A DNA stretch of 64,000 nt from Phormidesmis sp. (GCA_965248535.1 CBDFJR010000005.1:896001-960000); one strand, 5' to 3'; numbered from the stretch's first letter, positions 50,681-61,197 are shown. Numbers and translations are program-made. Notes: generated by a model not told the origin, from the sequence alone.

Positions 50681-53140
50681 TTAACGGCTCAACAGCCCAT
50701 AAATGGCCCAGATCGCCATCGCTCTTAAATAATGACTAGCTCGAAACGTTCCGGTTGCCGTAATCGCTTCGGGAGTGCGAAACTGCAAGCCGTTGTCATA
50801 AATTTGCCGAACCACCGCTTCGGTTAACGTCATCGCTTCAGCCGTCATCCCCATCTGCACCAAGAATGCCGCTAACCCAAAGTTAATGCCCGTCCAGACT
50901 TCGAGCGGATGAGTTGCATTAGGATTTTCAGGAGACCCATCGGGACGAACCCCATTAGCTGCCCCGATCGCCGCCTGTTGAATGCCCAAACCCTGATCGT
51001 CAATCCACTGATTAAATTTGATAAAGCAAGCGTCATACACAGATCTCAGGGCCGACTCAGCGCACTCAGCAGGCACAACATCGGGCAACCCCAGCAACCT
51101 GGCATAAAACTGTCCACACAGTTGATCGGCCATGACCACATCAGAGCCACTCTGACTATCGAGGCGATAATAGTGACCATTCCACAGAGTAGTTTGATAA
51201 ATCCCACGGGATTGATCCAGCCAATCTTGAAACGTCGCAACCGATTGATGAATCGATAAAGAATCGCTGTTGAGAATGAGAAGTTGCCCGATCGCGATCG
51301 CTGCCTCCAACGCTGCAATCCACAATCCGCCACAGTAAGCGCTCACTCCCTGCAATCGCCAATCATCAAAGGTTTGATCAGGTGCACCAGCGTTTTCAGG
51401 AATGCCATCCTGATCCAAATCAAACGTTTTGAGATAGTGCAGCGTCTCAACCACAGCATCCCAGCATTCACTCAAAAATTCCACATCCGTTGCACCCGTG
51501 AGAACGTAATCGCGATAAACCTGCAACACAAAATCTGATCCTAAATCTTTCCAAAGATTACAGTCTTGATAACTGGTGTAATTGGTTTTCTCCCAAACGT
51601 GCTCGTTAGGCGCACCCAAATCGTGAGGAGTCGCACCCGCCGCTTTGCGAATCGCCATCGGACTCTCTGCCCCGGTTGCCTGGAAGTTGCGCTCTGCGTT
51701 AAGCGTGTAGTAATAGCCAATCACCCGCGTTTTTTGATCGCTAGCCGGAATCGATCGAGCAAACGCTCGCATCACCGATTTTTCTAACTCAGACCACAGC
51801 ATTAACAGCCCAAACGAGCCATATAGCCGCACATCCAGACTTTCATACCAGCGATAATCAAGACACTCTAGCACCGCAAATTGCCCGATCGGGTCGCGTT
51901 CATCGGCGGCACTCCACAGCGCTCCGCCATCGGTGAGATCATAAAGCTCATTAAACAACGCCATTTTGAACCAGTCAGGCAACTCGTCGCGATCGAGAAT
52001 CGGCTGCTGCCAAGCCTGAATTTTTTCCTGCCAGGTTCGATAATGTTTCAACGCCGTGCGGGCGATCGTCCAAGCATTGCGCCCCGTGCGCCCAAAAAAA
52101 TCGGTGTAGCGTCGAAAATAGTTGACCCCAGCGGCAAACTCCGTCACCGGAAAATCCCAACTCAAAATAAACGGAATTTTGAGAGTCTGTCCCGGTTTGA
52201 GAGTGAATCGAACCGCGATCGCGCTGCCAATGCGCTCTCCGGTTTTGGCTGGGGTTTCATCATCTCGATCGCAGAGTGACCCATCTCGCGCAAACGGTCG
52301 CCACACATCACTCCCATCCCCCACCGGGTTCCAGCGAGTATGGTAAGAAACCTCCCAGAGATACGGGTTGAGCAGGGTCGCGATCGCCCACTGTCCATCT
52401 CCCTCTAACGTCTCTTCAGCATCGCTCCCCATGACTACGCCAATTCTCTGTTCGTCGCCCGTGAGCCGATTAAAATTTCCGGCGCTGTCTCCTAGCCGAG
52501 GCTGATAGTCATAAAACGGGCTACCGTCATCTCGCATTTGCACATCGGGCGACCTGAGCGAATTGGTAAACCAGCCCGTCATATTCTCCCAGGTCAGCAT
52601 GATGCTGAGAGTCATCGGCTGATCGGTGGGATTGTGCGCCGTCCATTCAAAAATCGCAACGGGGTAGCTGGTTTCTTGATAATTGTGGGCCACGATCGGC
52701 GAAAACTGCTCACAGGTCAGATCGGCTTGAAAAACATGCTCATACGCAAACCAACTGCGCGGGTAAAGTGCCGAATAGGTTCCGGTTGACTGTCCTACTT
52801 GACTCGCGGGGTAGCGATTCCAGGTTTGCAGGCACTCTGCCGCCTCTGTCGTCAGCGCATAAGCCTGCGTTTGAGTTCCAACTTGCTCAAACACGCTAAA
52901 CTGGCAGGCTGGCATCGTCTGAAAAACGTGTTCGCCGCCGTCAATGTGCCAGAGATTAAAATCGCCTCGCGACGATCGCCCCACACATCCCGCCCCAAAC
53001 CCGCCGAGCGGCATCCCGTGCCACGGCCCATCATCTAAATTGCTGGCATAGCGGACGGTGTAAGGCGTTTCCCAACCCAGCCCGATCGGGCGGCTCCAAG
53101 CACACGCGGGAATGTTGACGGACGGCTGCTGTTTTTTCAT
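50681..53140 (-). CDS. GH116 glycoside hydrolase (GBA2-like)
   Basis: GMPLGGFGAG, TPHDLGAP, WKDL and PDQTFDDW motifs. Confidence 0.92.
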   Translation of the reverse strand: MKKQQPSVNIPACAWSRPIGLGWETPYTVRYASNLDDGPWHGMPLGGFGAGCVGRSSRGDFNLWHIDGGEHVFQTMPACQFSVFEQVGTQTQAYALTTEAAECLQTWNRYPASQVGQSTGTYSALYPRSWFAYEHVFQADLTCEQFSPIVAHNYQETSYPVAIFEWTAHNPTDQPMTLSIMLTWENMTGWFTNSLRSPDVQMRDDGSPFYDYQPRLGDSAGNFNRLTGDEQRIGVVMGSDAEETLEGDGQWAIATLLNPYLWEVSYHTRWNPVGDGSDVWRPFARDGSLCDRDDETPAKTGERIGSAIAVRFTLKPGQTLKIPFILSWDFPVTEFAAGVNYFRRYTDFFGRTGRNAWTIARTALKHYRTWQEKIQAWQQPILDRDELPDWFKMALFNELYDLTDGGALWSAADERDPIGQFAVLECLDYRWYESLDVRLYGSFGLLMLWSELEKSVMRAFARSIPASDQKTRVIGYYYTLNAERNFQATGAESPMAIRKAAGATPHDLGAPNEHVWEKTNYTSYQDCNLWKDLGSDFVLQVYRDYVLTGATDVEFLSECWDAVVETLHYLKTFDLDQDGIPENAGAPDQTFDDWRLQGVSAYCGGLWIAALEAAIAIGQLLILNSDSLSIHQSVATFQDWLDQSRGIYQTTLWNGHYYRLDSQSGSDVVMADQLCGQFYARLLGLPDVVPAECAESALRSVYDACFIKFNQWIDDQGLGIQQAAIGAANGVRPDGSPENPNATHPLEVWTGINFGLAAFLVQMGMTAEAMTLTEAVVRQIYDNGLQFRTPEAITATGTFRASHYLRAMAIWAIYGLLSR

Positions 53141-53230
53141 CTCCCGATTTTACGAGACTTGGGACTCCTAGAATCAGCTTACAAAAACATCCGCGTCGTT
53201 ATACGATCGAAGCTCACAACGGTGAAAAAA

Positions 53231-53554
53231 ATGGGCATTAAAATCATTGAGAACTTTGACAGCAGTTTTTCTCTCGATCCAGACACCAAAACTGCGTTGT
53301 TTGAATTATTGCGCGGCGAGGCGTTTTTGCAGCAGGTTGCTCAGGCCCTAAAGTGCCAGCGAGTTGAGTTTACAGAACTGCTGTTTCAGCCTGTTCCCTA
53401 CACGATGGCGACTCCTAAAGGAATGCCTGCGGAGTTTGAAAAATTTCACAACTCTGCGGATCACGCGATCGTCAACGTGCCCCCCAATTTTATGTTTAAA
53501 GCAAAAGTCTTTAAACCCAGTCGATTGTGTGCAATTTATAGAAACGCGATTTAA
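53231..53554 (+). CDS. Hypothetical protein
   Basis: ORF co-oriented with the next gene. Confidence 0.6.
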   Translation: MGIKIIENFDSSFSLDPDTKTALFELLRGEAFLQQVAQALKCQRVEFTELLFQPVPYTMATPKGMPAEFEKFHNSADHAIVNVPPNFMFKAKVFKPSRLCAIYRNAI

Positions 53555-53583
53555 ATCTATCAAACTTTTCTAAGCAGTTCAAA

Positions 53584-54129
53584 ATGACTTCTCAAATCAA
53601 CATTCCGACGCTGGCGAGTTTAGATTACATTTCCTATATCAACGATCGGGGTCAACTGCCCGAAGAACTGCGCGGAAAAGTCGGAGCCTACGCTGTTTTT
53701 GACCAATCTAAAACCCTACAATTTGTGGGTTTTTCTCGCGATATTTTTCTAGGGTTAAAGCAACATTTAGTCCGTCAGCCTCAAGGGTGTTATTGGGTGA
53801 AGTTTAGCCCCGTCGATCGCCCCAGTCGCACCCTGCTCGAAGGCATTCGAGACACTTGGATTTCTGAAAATGGCTCGACTCCCCTCGGCAACGGCATTGA
53901 CGAAGCCAAATGGAACCAGCCCATTCAAGTTAGAGGAATGATGACTCCTGAAGAAGAGGCAAATTACACGAAGACCACGATCGAGGAGATCACCCAAATC
54001 AAAATTCTCAAAAATGTAGCGCGACGCGTTGAAGCAGAGATCTTAACGCAGCTAAAAGCTAGAGGCATTCAAGAAGAAATTCGCTTCAATCCAAAATTAA
54101 AAGAAGAGGGATTATTAGACTTGAAGTGA
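53584..54129 (+). CDS. GIY-YIG-like domain protein
   Basis: GAYAVFD..LQFVGFSRDI..LKQHL. Confidence 0.75.
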   Translation: MTSQINIPTLASLDYISYINDRGQLPEELRGKVGAYAVFDQSKTLQFVGFSRDIFLGLKQHLVRQPQGCYWVKFSPVDRPSRTLLEGIRDTWISENGSTPLGNGIDEAKWNQPIQVRGMMTPEEEANYTKTTIEEITQIKILKNVARRVEAEILTQLKARGIQEEIRFNPKLKEEGLLDLK

Positions 54130-54239
54130 TCACGCATAAAAAACACCCTTTGATGTCAGAGCGCGATCGCTCCAATTGCACAAAGGGTGTTCTTCTAATC
54201 ACTTCTATAATGGTTTGGTTGACCCCTCTAGCGATCAGA

Positions 54240-54536
54240 TTAGCCAAATAACGAACTCTGCATCCCGGCTGTGACCTGCACTGACTCCAGCGCACTTTTG
54301 AGCAATTGCAGAGCCAATATCGCCAATATCGCAGAGAAGTCAAGCCCGCCGAGAGGGGGAATAAACGATCGAAAGATGTTGAGATAGGGGTCGGTGAGTT
54401 GGCTTAAAATCGAGAAGGGAGGGCTGGCCCAATCAATAGAAGGAAACCAACTGAGCAAGATCCGAATAAATAGCAGCACTAGATAAATGCCGACAAAGCC
54501 GCTAATCGTGCTGATGAGCAGTTGCAAAGGATTCAT
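54240..54536 (-). CDS. YggT (YlmG/Ycf19) family membrane protein
   Basis: LLSWFP, LTDPYL..FR..IPP.GGLDFS. Confidence 0.92.
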   Translation of the reverse strand: MNPLQLLISTISGFVGIYLVLLFIRILLSWFPSIDWASPPFSILSQLTDPYLNIFRSFIPPLGGLDFSAILAILALQLLKSALESVQVTAGMQSSLFG

Positions 54537-54630
54537 AAAATCGCAGATTCCTTGATTGAAGTTTAGGGATGGGATCGATAGATAGGCGATCGTCGCTTAA
54601 CCACGATCGCGCCTACCCAGCATTCTAGCG

Positions 54631-54957
54631 CTATGGCTCTTCAGTGAAAGATCGTTCTCGATCGCTCTCGGTTGCCCGCCCGTTGACGCTGCTTAACTGC
54701 TGTCTCACATCGTCGATCGCGTCATTAAGTTGAGCAATCTTATCTTCTAAACTGCGTCGAGATAGCTCAATATTTTGCTCAGTCGAGCCGCGAATCGATC
54801 GCTTTTTTTTGCCATCTTCGGGCTTTAACAGAGGTTCTTCGGTCGTGCCTTCAAGTCGCTGCGCCGTCAGCAGAGACCCCAATGCGCCGCCGATCACACC
54901 GCCGACGATCGCGCCCAAAACAAACCCACCTGCAAAATTATCTGGTTGACTCATCAC
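54631..54957 (-). CDS. Conserved cyanobacterial protein with glycine-rich TM segment and coiled coil
   Basis: GFVLGAIVGGVIGG; RRSLEDKIAQLNDAIDDVR. Confidence 0.75.
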   Translation of the reverse strand: MMSQPDNFAGGFVLGAIVGGVIGGALGSLLTAQRLEGTTEEPLLKPEDGKKKRSIRGSTEQNIELSRRSLEDKIAQLNDAIDDVRQQLSSVNGRATESDRERSFTEEP

Positions 54958-55027
54958 TCACATTGCTCATTTAACTGAGTCTGTTTCTACAGCTTACCGC
55001 CCTTCGACCAAAACGATAACCCTTGTT

Positions 55028-55678
55028 TTAGGTTCCAAAGGTGCGATCGCCTGCGTCACCTAGCCCTGGCACGATGAAGCCTTTTTCGTTTAGGCCTTCA
55101 TCGATCGCGGCGGTATAGATATTGAGACCGGGATAGGCCGCACTCAAGGTTTGCAGGGCCGGGGGAGCGGCCACCACTGACACAATTCTCACTAGAGACG
55201 GGTCAACGCCTCGCTGCGTTAATTCTTTCATCGCGGCGATCGCGGTGCCGCCAGTTGCCAGCATGGGGTCGGTGATCAACACATGAGTCTGGGGGCTAAT
55301 CTGCTCAGGAAGACGGTTGAGATAGCAACTCGCTGCCAGCGTTTCCTCGTTTCGCACTAGCCCCAAGTGATAGATCGAAGCTAGAGGCAAGATCGCCTGT
55401 GCGCCGTCTAAGAGAGCGAGTCCGGCCCGCAAGATGGGCACCACGACGATCGGCACTTCTGGGTTAATAAACGTGGCCGGACAGGGCGCTAAGGGAGTGT
55501 TTACGGTCGCGTCAACCGTGGGCAGCCATTCACGAATGGCCTCATAGGTGAGCCATCGCCCCAACTCGGTCATGGCGCTGCGAAATAGGGGGGAGGGTGT
55601 CGCAGCATCACGGGCTACGCCCAACCAGTGTTTGATTAAAGGGTGAGGCGGAACATAAACACGCAGTTGAAGAGTCAT
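55028..55678 (-). CDS. upp: Uracil phosphoribosyltransferase
   Basis: PILRAG, DPMLATGGT and IVPGLGDAGDR motifs. Confidence 0.97.
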   Translation of the reverse strand: MTLQLRVYVPPHPLIKHWLGVARDAATPSPLFRSAMTELGRWLTYEAIREWLPTVDATVNTPLAPCPATFINPEVPIVVVPILRAGLALLDGAQAILPLASIYHLGLVRNEETLAASCYLNRLPEQISPQTHVLITDPMLATGGTAIAAMKELTQRGVDPSLVRIVSVVAAPPALQTLSAAYPGLNIYTAAIDEGLNEKGFIVPGLGDAGDRTFGT

Positions 55679-55845
55679 AGGCGATCGCGGCAGGCCATCC
55701 AGTCAAAAGGTTGACTCATCATACTCCTTTCCCGTTTTTGAGGAAGAGTTTGAGGTAATGTTTGTGGTTTTGCAGATAAAAAACAATTGTCCAGTCTGAT
55801 GGGAGCGATCGCCATCAGATTTTTGGCAAATTTATTCGCCGCTAT

Positions 55846-55876
55846 ATTGACAATTATTCTCAATTAAATTTATAGT
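55846..55876 (+). promoter_or_regulatory. Sigma70 promoter overlapping a Fur-box-like palindrome
   Basis: TTGACA (55847)-18 nt-TATAGT (55871); ATTGACAATTATTCTCAAT. Confidence 0.75.
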
Positions 55877-55881
55877 GTTTT

Positions 55882-55942
55882 ACGTGTTCTCCTCTCTAGA
55901 GGAATCGGCAAGGGGCTGGAAGTTCTAGTCCCTGTTTTTTTT
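55882..55942 (+). ncRNA. isaR1: IsaR1 iron-stress-activated sRNA homolog
   Basis: GTGTTCTCCTCT...ATCGGCA 5' part, terminator hairpin with U-tract, Fur-like promoter, adjacent to upp. Confidence 0.8.
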
Positions 55943-56000
55943 GAGAGTCTTTTGGAGACTACGATCGTGGCTGAACAGTTCGTTGCATGAGCAATTCGCT

Positions 56001-56576
56001 TCAACTAACAAGTTTCACCAAACCATCATTTAAGTCATATCGCGCTCCGACAATTTTGACTTTTTCTAACCTCACCAGTTCGCCTAACACAGGTTCAGAG
56101 GTCTTGATCCGCTCTACGGTTAGCCGAATGTTGGCAATCACGGCTGCATCGATTGGGTCATGGTCAGACTCATTTACCTGGGATAGGGCAGGCTCGATCG
56201 CGATCATCAGTGCGCTAATGTGTCCAGGAACTTTAAGATGCCTGACTGCTGCCGCTACTGCACCACAGCGCTCATGTCCTAGCACCATCACCAGAGAAAC
56301 ACCAAACTCCCCAACGGCATACTCAATGCTGCCTAGCACTACATCATCAATTACATTTCCCGCCACTCGAATCACAAACAGATCTCCTAGCCCGTGATCA
56401 AAAATGACTTCTGGAGGCACCCGCGAATCTGAACAGCCCAGCACGATCGCGATCGGGTGTTGCCCTGCCGCGATTTCATGAATTCGCGCCGCGTCTTGAT
56501 GTTGATGAGTGAGTTTTTTGGCAACATAGCGATCGTTGCCCTCCAACAGCACTTGCAAAACTTGATCCGCTGTCAT
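56001..56576 (-). CDS. Beta-class carbonic anhydrase
   Basis: GCSDSRV, RVAGN and HERCGAV motifs. Confidence 0.93.
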   Translation of the reverse strand: MTADQVLQVLLEGNDRYVAKKLTHQHQDAARIHEIAAGQHPIAIVLGCSDSRVPPEVIFDHGLGDLFVIRVAGNVIDDVVLGSIEYAVGEFGVSLVMVLGHERCGAVAAAVRHLKVPGHISALMIAIEPALSQVNESDHDPIDAAVIANIRLTVERIKTSEPVLGELVRLEKVKIVGARYDLNDGLVKLVS

Positions 56577-56722
56577 AGTGGTTTATCAGTTAACAAATAG
56601 ATCGGGTCATAAAATCGTACTGGAGAATAAATCGTACTGGAGATCCCCGTTTGTGCAGCAACTTTCTGGACTCTGGGCAATCTCTCATGATTATCTAAAG
56701 ATAGGTGTGAGGGAAACTCAAG

Positions 56723-59149
56723 ATGTCTAGACAGAAGCGTTGGAAATGGCTGCGTCAAGGTGGGGCAGCGCTGGGATTGTTGGTGATGGTGTCGGCAGAT
56801 TTGCCGATCGCTCAACTAGCGGCTGCTCCTAATCAAAAAATACCGTCGCCCGCAGAGGCTGCAAAGCAGGCAGAAGGGCTGTCTCCAAGCAAGCTGACTG
56901 AGGTTGAGGTGGATGACGTGATCCGCGATCGCCTTCGGTTTGACCCACAGTGGCAGCCGATTTTGCAGGCCGTGCGGCAAGATTTGATCGAGGTGAAGTG
57001 GGGAGACGGTAACCTCACCAATCCGGTTTGGAAGCAGTATGGCGCAAAGGCTTATCCCTTGCTGGAGTTTTATGCCCGATCGCGGGATCAAGTTCGTCAA
57101 GCCTATGGAATGGCGGGAATTCGCAGTTTGGGCAAGCCCTATACAACGCTTTGGCTGACGAAACAGGTGCAGCGACGAGCCTCTACCCCAGACTTTTCTC
57201 TTCTCACGAGCAAATTAAATACCCTATTGCTCCAGTCAGGCTCTGAATCAACCGACTCAAAAGCCTGGGAGAAAGAATTTGGCTTAGATGATCCGCAGGT
57301 GAGACAGCAACTAGTTCAACTCGCCAAACAGCATCTAGAGCCGCGCAATTCTCCGAGTTATTATGACCAGTTCAATTTTGACTTTTTGGTGAATGTCGTA
57401 GGGTACGACCAGGTTTTTCCGCCCTATCCGACTCACGAAAAGCCCGTTCCCAATTTGTCGGAATGGACGAAATTTGAGCAAATCACTCGACCGAATCCTG
57501 CTCAGATTCAGGCGGCGATCGCTTATTATCAATCGCTACCCGCCTCATCACGCGACTATTTATTAGTCAACCGTTTAGGAGCCATTAAAGCAGGTCAAAT
57601 TTCTCCGATCGCCAAAGCGCTATTCAAATCGCTGGCTGCCGACGAGCGATCCCCCGATCGGGTTTGGGCGATCGCCGAACTCGATCGCCACCACGATCCC
57701 CAAGGCTCCACGCTGCTGCAACAAATGCTCAACGGAGATTCTCGGCCGCTCTATAGCCTGACCCGCAGCGTGTTTTATGGCTTTGGCGGCGACGATGGCG
57801 ATCGCGGTTCCCACGCTTATTATCTGCTGGTGGGCATGGCCCAAAACTATCCGCAGTCAAAATTTATTCAGGGCTGCCGCGAGTATGGAGATTTAACCGG
57901 ACACTCCTACTTTGGGGGCGAACCGCGGAATCAAGCCTTGCTCGATCGCAACGCTAAAAAAACTGCCGCCGATCGGGTTCGAGATTGGCAGCAGTGGCTC
58001 AGTCGCTACCCTAACCATCCGGGAGCCGACGATGCCACCTTTTTATTGGCCCATAGCCTTCAGGATCAGGGCGACATTATGGGCGCGATGCGCCTCTGGC
58101 TGAAGATGATGACGACCGAAATCGGCGATCGTGATGCCCTTTATCTCGCCTATCCTCACGTCAGAACGTTGCTCGATGTCGGACTCTCGGCCGAGCAGAT
58201 TCAGACGTTGTTACAAGAACCCGCTTATCAAGAGATCACGCCCTTGTTGCGCTATGCGCTGGCGGTCAAACAAGCCCGATCGCACGACTATGCCCAAGCA
58301 CTGCAAACCTCTGAAAATTTGAATCTGACGGTCATGCCTGCCAAAATCCTCGATCGCTACTACAAAGCAGGCTGGTCATGGTGGGAAGAGGGCAAAACCA
58401 CAGAAGTTCAGCAAGAAATGCAAACGATGCTGACCGAGCAGCGTCAACGCTGGCAGCAGCTTCTCGCTTTAAAATCAGAAAACACGCCAGACTCGCGCTA
58501 TCGCCTAGCATCCAATTGGGCGGGCGAAGGCGGCTGGAAAAATGGCTATCTCGCAATTTGGGACGGGTCTAGAACCTATCACTTGCCCACGAGCTACAGC
58601 ACGAGTCAGCGCTATCCCGTCGAGGCAAACGATCGCTGGGATTGCCGCTATTGGTGGGTTTGTGACCTCTCAAAACGCGGTGAGTCAGCCGTGCGCCAAG
58701 CTTATCAAGGCGCTAGCCAAAACGGGATTGCTCTGTCTCTCTATCAGCAGTTATTGGATGATCCTAAAACGCCGCCCCCCGTGCGCGAGAAGACCCTCTA
58801 TATGGTGGCCATGACGCTGCTCTGGCAATGGGAAAATCACGACCCAGGCGAAACGACGCGCATTCACCCTCCGGCTGGAGTGCCGATTGGGAGACCCCGC
58901 GTTGATCCCTACACAAACGAGACGGCTCCTGACATCGGCTCTGCTTATCAAAGCCGCATTGATGGGATCTTAACGGAGATACAAGTCAAATTTCCCAAGA
59001 GTTCTTATGCGGATGATTTGCTGTTTTCGAGCTATTTTTTGAGTAACCAGCCTCGCTATCTTCAGCAACTCGTGCAGCGATATCCGACCAGCGATCGCGT
59101 CGCCGAAGCCCAGTTCCTTTTAGCGCACCGAAAACCCAAGCCAGAATGA
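56723..59149 (+). CDS. Exported helical-repeat (TPR/HEAT-like) protein
   Basis: Signal peptide; TPR-like YPNHPGADDA and FPKSSYADD motifs. Confidence 0.6.
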   Translation: MSRQKRWKWLRQGGAALGLLVMVSADLPIAQLAAAPNQKIPSPAEAAKQAEGLSPSKLTEVEVDDVIRDRLRFDPQWQPILQAVRQDLIEVKWGDGNLTNPVWKQYGAKAYPLLEFYARSRDQVRQAYGMAGIRSLGKPYTTLWLTKQVQRRASTPDFSLLTSKLNTLLLQSGSESTDSKAWEKEFGLDDPQVRQQLVQLAKQHLEPRNSPSYYDQFNFDFLVNVVGYDQVFPPYPTHEKPVPNLSEWTKFEQITRPNPAQIQAAIAYYQSLPASSRDYLLVNRLGAIKAGQISPIAKALFKSLAADERSPDRVWAIAELDRHHDPQGSTLLQQMLNGDSRPLYSLTRSVFYGFGGDDGDRGSHAYYLLVGMAQNYPQSKFIQGCREYGDLTGHSYFGGEPRNQALLDRNAKKTAADRVRDWQQWLSRYPNHPGADDATFLLAHSLQDQGDIMGAMRLWLKMMTTEIGDRDALYLAYPHVRTLLDVGLSAEQIQTLLQEPAYQEITPLLRYALAVKQARSHDYAQALQTSENLNLTVMPAKILDRYYKAGWSWWEEGKTTEVQQEMQTMLTEQRQRWQQLLALKSENTPDSRYRLASNWAGEGGWKNGYLAIWDGSRTYHLPTSYSTSQRYPVEANDRWDCRYWWVCDLSKRGESAVRQAYQGASQNGIALSLYQQLLDDPKTPPPVREKTLYMVAMTLLWQWENHDPGETTRIHPPAGVPIGRPRVDPYTNETAPDIGSAYQSRIDGILTEIQVKFPKSSYADDLLFSSYFLSNQPRYLQQLVQRYPTSDRVAEAQFLLAHRKPKPE

Positions 59150-59608
59150 AGCCTCTATTTCTGCCCACGGCAAACGCAACCCACCAGCTAGGCATTCAGC
59201 TAGGGCAGAGGCTCTCGGCTGGCAGTGTGCTGCTGCTAGAAGGTGACTTGGGCAGTGGGAAAACCACCCTCGTGCAGGGCATCGGGGCAGGGTTGGGCAT
59301 TCAGGACTCGATCGACAGTCCCACTTTTACGCTGATTAATGAATATCTAGACGGACGGGTGCCGCTCTATCATCTAGATCTCTATCGTTTGAATCTATCG
59401 GAGACCGCCAGCCTCTACCCAGAGATCTATTGGGAAGGAGTCGAAGCCGAGCCAGGAGTTGTGGCGATCGAGTGGGCAGAGCGTCTCACCTACAAGACCG
59501 CAGAGTTATTTAGAAATTCGGCTGGAGTACGATCGTTCGTCAGGTCGCCAAGCCATCCTCAATCCCGTTGGTGACTTTAACTTAGAAGCACTGATTTCTG
59601 TTTTATGA
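59146..59608 (+). CDS. tsaE: tRNA threonylcarbamoyladenosine biosynthesis ATPase with an apparent +1 frameshift at ~59497
   Basis: GDLGSGKT, SPTF, HLDLYRL and IEWAER; removing one base gives KPQSYLEIRLEY...RQAIL. Confidence 0.92.
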
Positions 59609-59705
59609 AATGTTCTATTGGGGATCAAATACCCTCAAACGATAAAGCATAAGCCCATGTTAGGATTTCCGAAACCAGATCATTCTTTCAATGCGAGATG
59701 AATCC

Positions 59706-59960
59706 ATGAAGGCGATCGAAGTCACGGGCAGAATTGATGCTCAAGGAAACCTAGTGTTGGATCAACCCATCCACGGAACTAGCTATCCCCATCTGGTACG
59801 AGTGATTGTGTTGGTTCCAGAGGAGATAGAAGCAGTAGATGACTCAGACGATACCCCGATCGAGGAGGTAAAAGCCAGTCTGAGAAGGGCATTGAAGCAA
59901 GCCAAAGCGGGGCAGCGCATCCCGATGTCTAAACTCTGGGATGGGATCGATGCCGAATGA
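59706..59960 (+). CDS. Putative antitoxin
   Basis: Acidic small ORF, LKQAKAGQRIP..LWDG, overlapping the toxin gene. Confidence 0.7.
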   Translation: MKAIEVTGRIDAQGNLVLDQPIHGTSYPHLVRVIVLVPEEIEAVDDSDDTPIEEVKASLRRALKQAKAGQRIPMSKLWDGIDAE

Positions 59961-60312
59961 GTTGCCCTCAATATCCATCGATTCATCTCCTGAATATCAG
60001 CAAAACTTGCGTGATCTTGCCAAGCGCTATCGCAGTATTCGTTCAGATACCCAGGCGGTGATTAAACAGTTGCAGTCTGGGGATTTTGTAGGAGACAAGA
60101 TAGGTGGGATTGGTGAGGGCTATTTTATCTATAAAGTCAGAGTTCGCAATCGTGATATCCAAAAAGGAAAGAGTGCTGGCTATCGATTGATTTATCAAGT
60201 TGAGTCACCCACTAGCATTTTACTGCTGACGATTTACTCAAAGTCCGACCGAGAAGACATCTCTGCAAACGAGATTCAAGATATTCTTGCAGATGTGGAT
60301 CGTGAGGAGTGA
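59950..60312 (+). CDS. RelE/ParE-superfamily toxin
   Basis: YKVRVRNRDIQKGKSAGYRLIY..LLTIYSKS. Confidence 0.88.
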   Translation: MPNELPSISIDSSPEYQQNLRDLAKRYRSIRSDTQAVIKQLQSGDFVGDKIGGIGEGYFIYKVRVRNRDIQKGKSAGYRLIYQVESPTSILLLTIYSKSDREDISANEIQDILADVDREE

Positions 60313-60382
60313 AGACCTCTGTCTCCTTAGGATTGTGGGTTCAATAACCTACTGAGAAAGAGTGGAGCCGGAGCCGGGAAAC

Positions 60383-60467
60383 CGATCGTCCGTCAGGTCG
60401 CCAAGCCATCCTCAATCCCGTTGGTGAATTTGACTTAGAGACGCTGATTTCTGCTTTACGAAACGTT
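60383..60467 (+). repeat. Diverged duplicate of the tsaE 3' end (59530-59614)
   Basis: 85-bp direct repeat beginning at CGATCG. Confidence 0.92.
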
Positions 60468-60582
60468 AATTAACGTTAGCGAAGTGACCGCAAATACACA
60501 GCCGAAATCTTTCATTCTCAGTACTCTTCTAACTAAGCTAGATGTTAATCTCTCCATCTAGCTTTTGAAGCGCGATGCTACT

Positions 60583-61197
60583 TTAATAGTCGTAGATGTT
60601 GAAACGACCCACGCCTAAAAATAGACTAGAGCTATTGGTGCCGATCGGGTAAGCAGTGACCCCATATTGATAAACGCCTCCCGCCCTTGGGTTGTGATCC
60701 ACCTCTAGAGCAATCGTCACAGTTTGACCCGGAGCGATCGGGGGATTAAACACAAAAGTCGCCTCGCCCGGAGTCATTTCTCCGCCAATAGAAGCCAGAG
60801 GCACCGCCCTGCCTCCCCCAAAGCTGTCACCCAAGAAGGCATAGCTCTGACCGATATTGAGGGAGAGAGTTTCTGTATTTTTCTCCTGCGATACCTTGAT
60901 CGCTTGAAGCGGAGCACCCGCATCTTCGGGAACTCGAATCGTAAATTCATAGCTAGAAGGGACATCGGCTGCCGCAAAACTAGCCGCCGTGCGGATCAGC
61001 CGAGGGGCGTGATCAAAATAGCTTTGCCCTCTTAGCTGACCTGCGCTAGCAGACATTGCCACAAGAGCACCCGGAACCACACTGCTTAGGGCGATCGCGA
61101 TCAGACGTGAAGCGATTAAGCGAAGTTGAATCTGTATCGTTTGATTAAACATCTTCATGACCTCCAGAAGAAACGTTCTGGTTACCCATCTAGGCAA
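60583..61197 (-). CDS. DUF2808 family exported protein
   Basis: F...PRL, VPEDAGAPL, PPIAPGQTVTI and NP..GGVYQYGVTAYP motifs. Confidence 0.8.
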   Translation of the reverse strand: MPRWVTRTFLLEVMKMFNQTIQIQLRLIASRLIAIALSSVVPGALVAMSASAGQLRGQSYFDHAPRLIRTAASFAAADVPSSYEFTIRVPEDAGAPLQAIKVSQEKNTETLSLNIGQSYAFLGDSFGGGRAVPLASIGGEMTPGEATFVFNPPIAPGQTVTIALEVDHNPRAGGVYQYGVTAYPIGTNSSSLFLGVGRFNIYDY

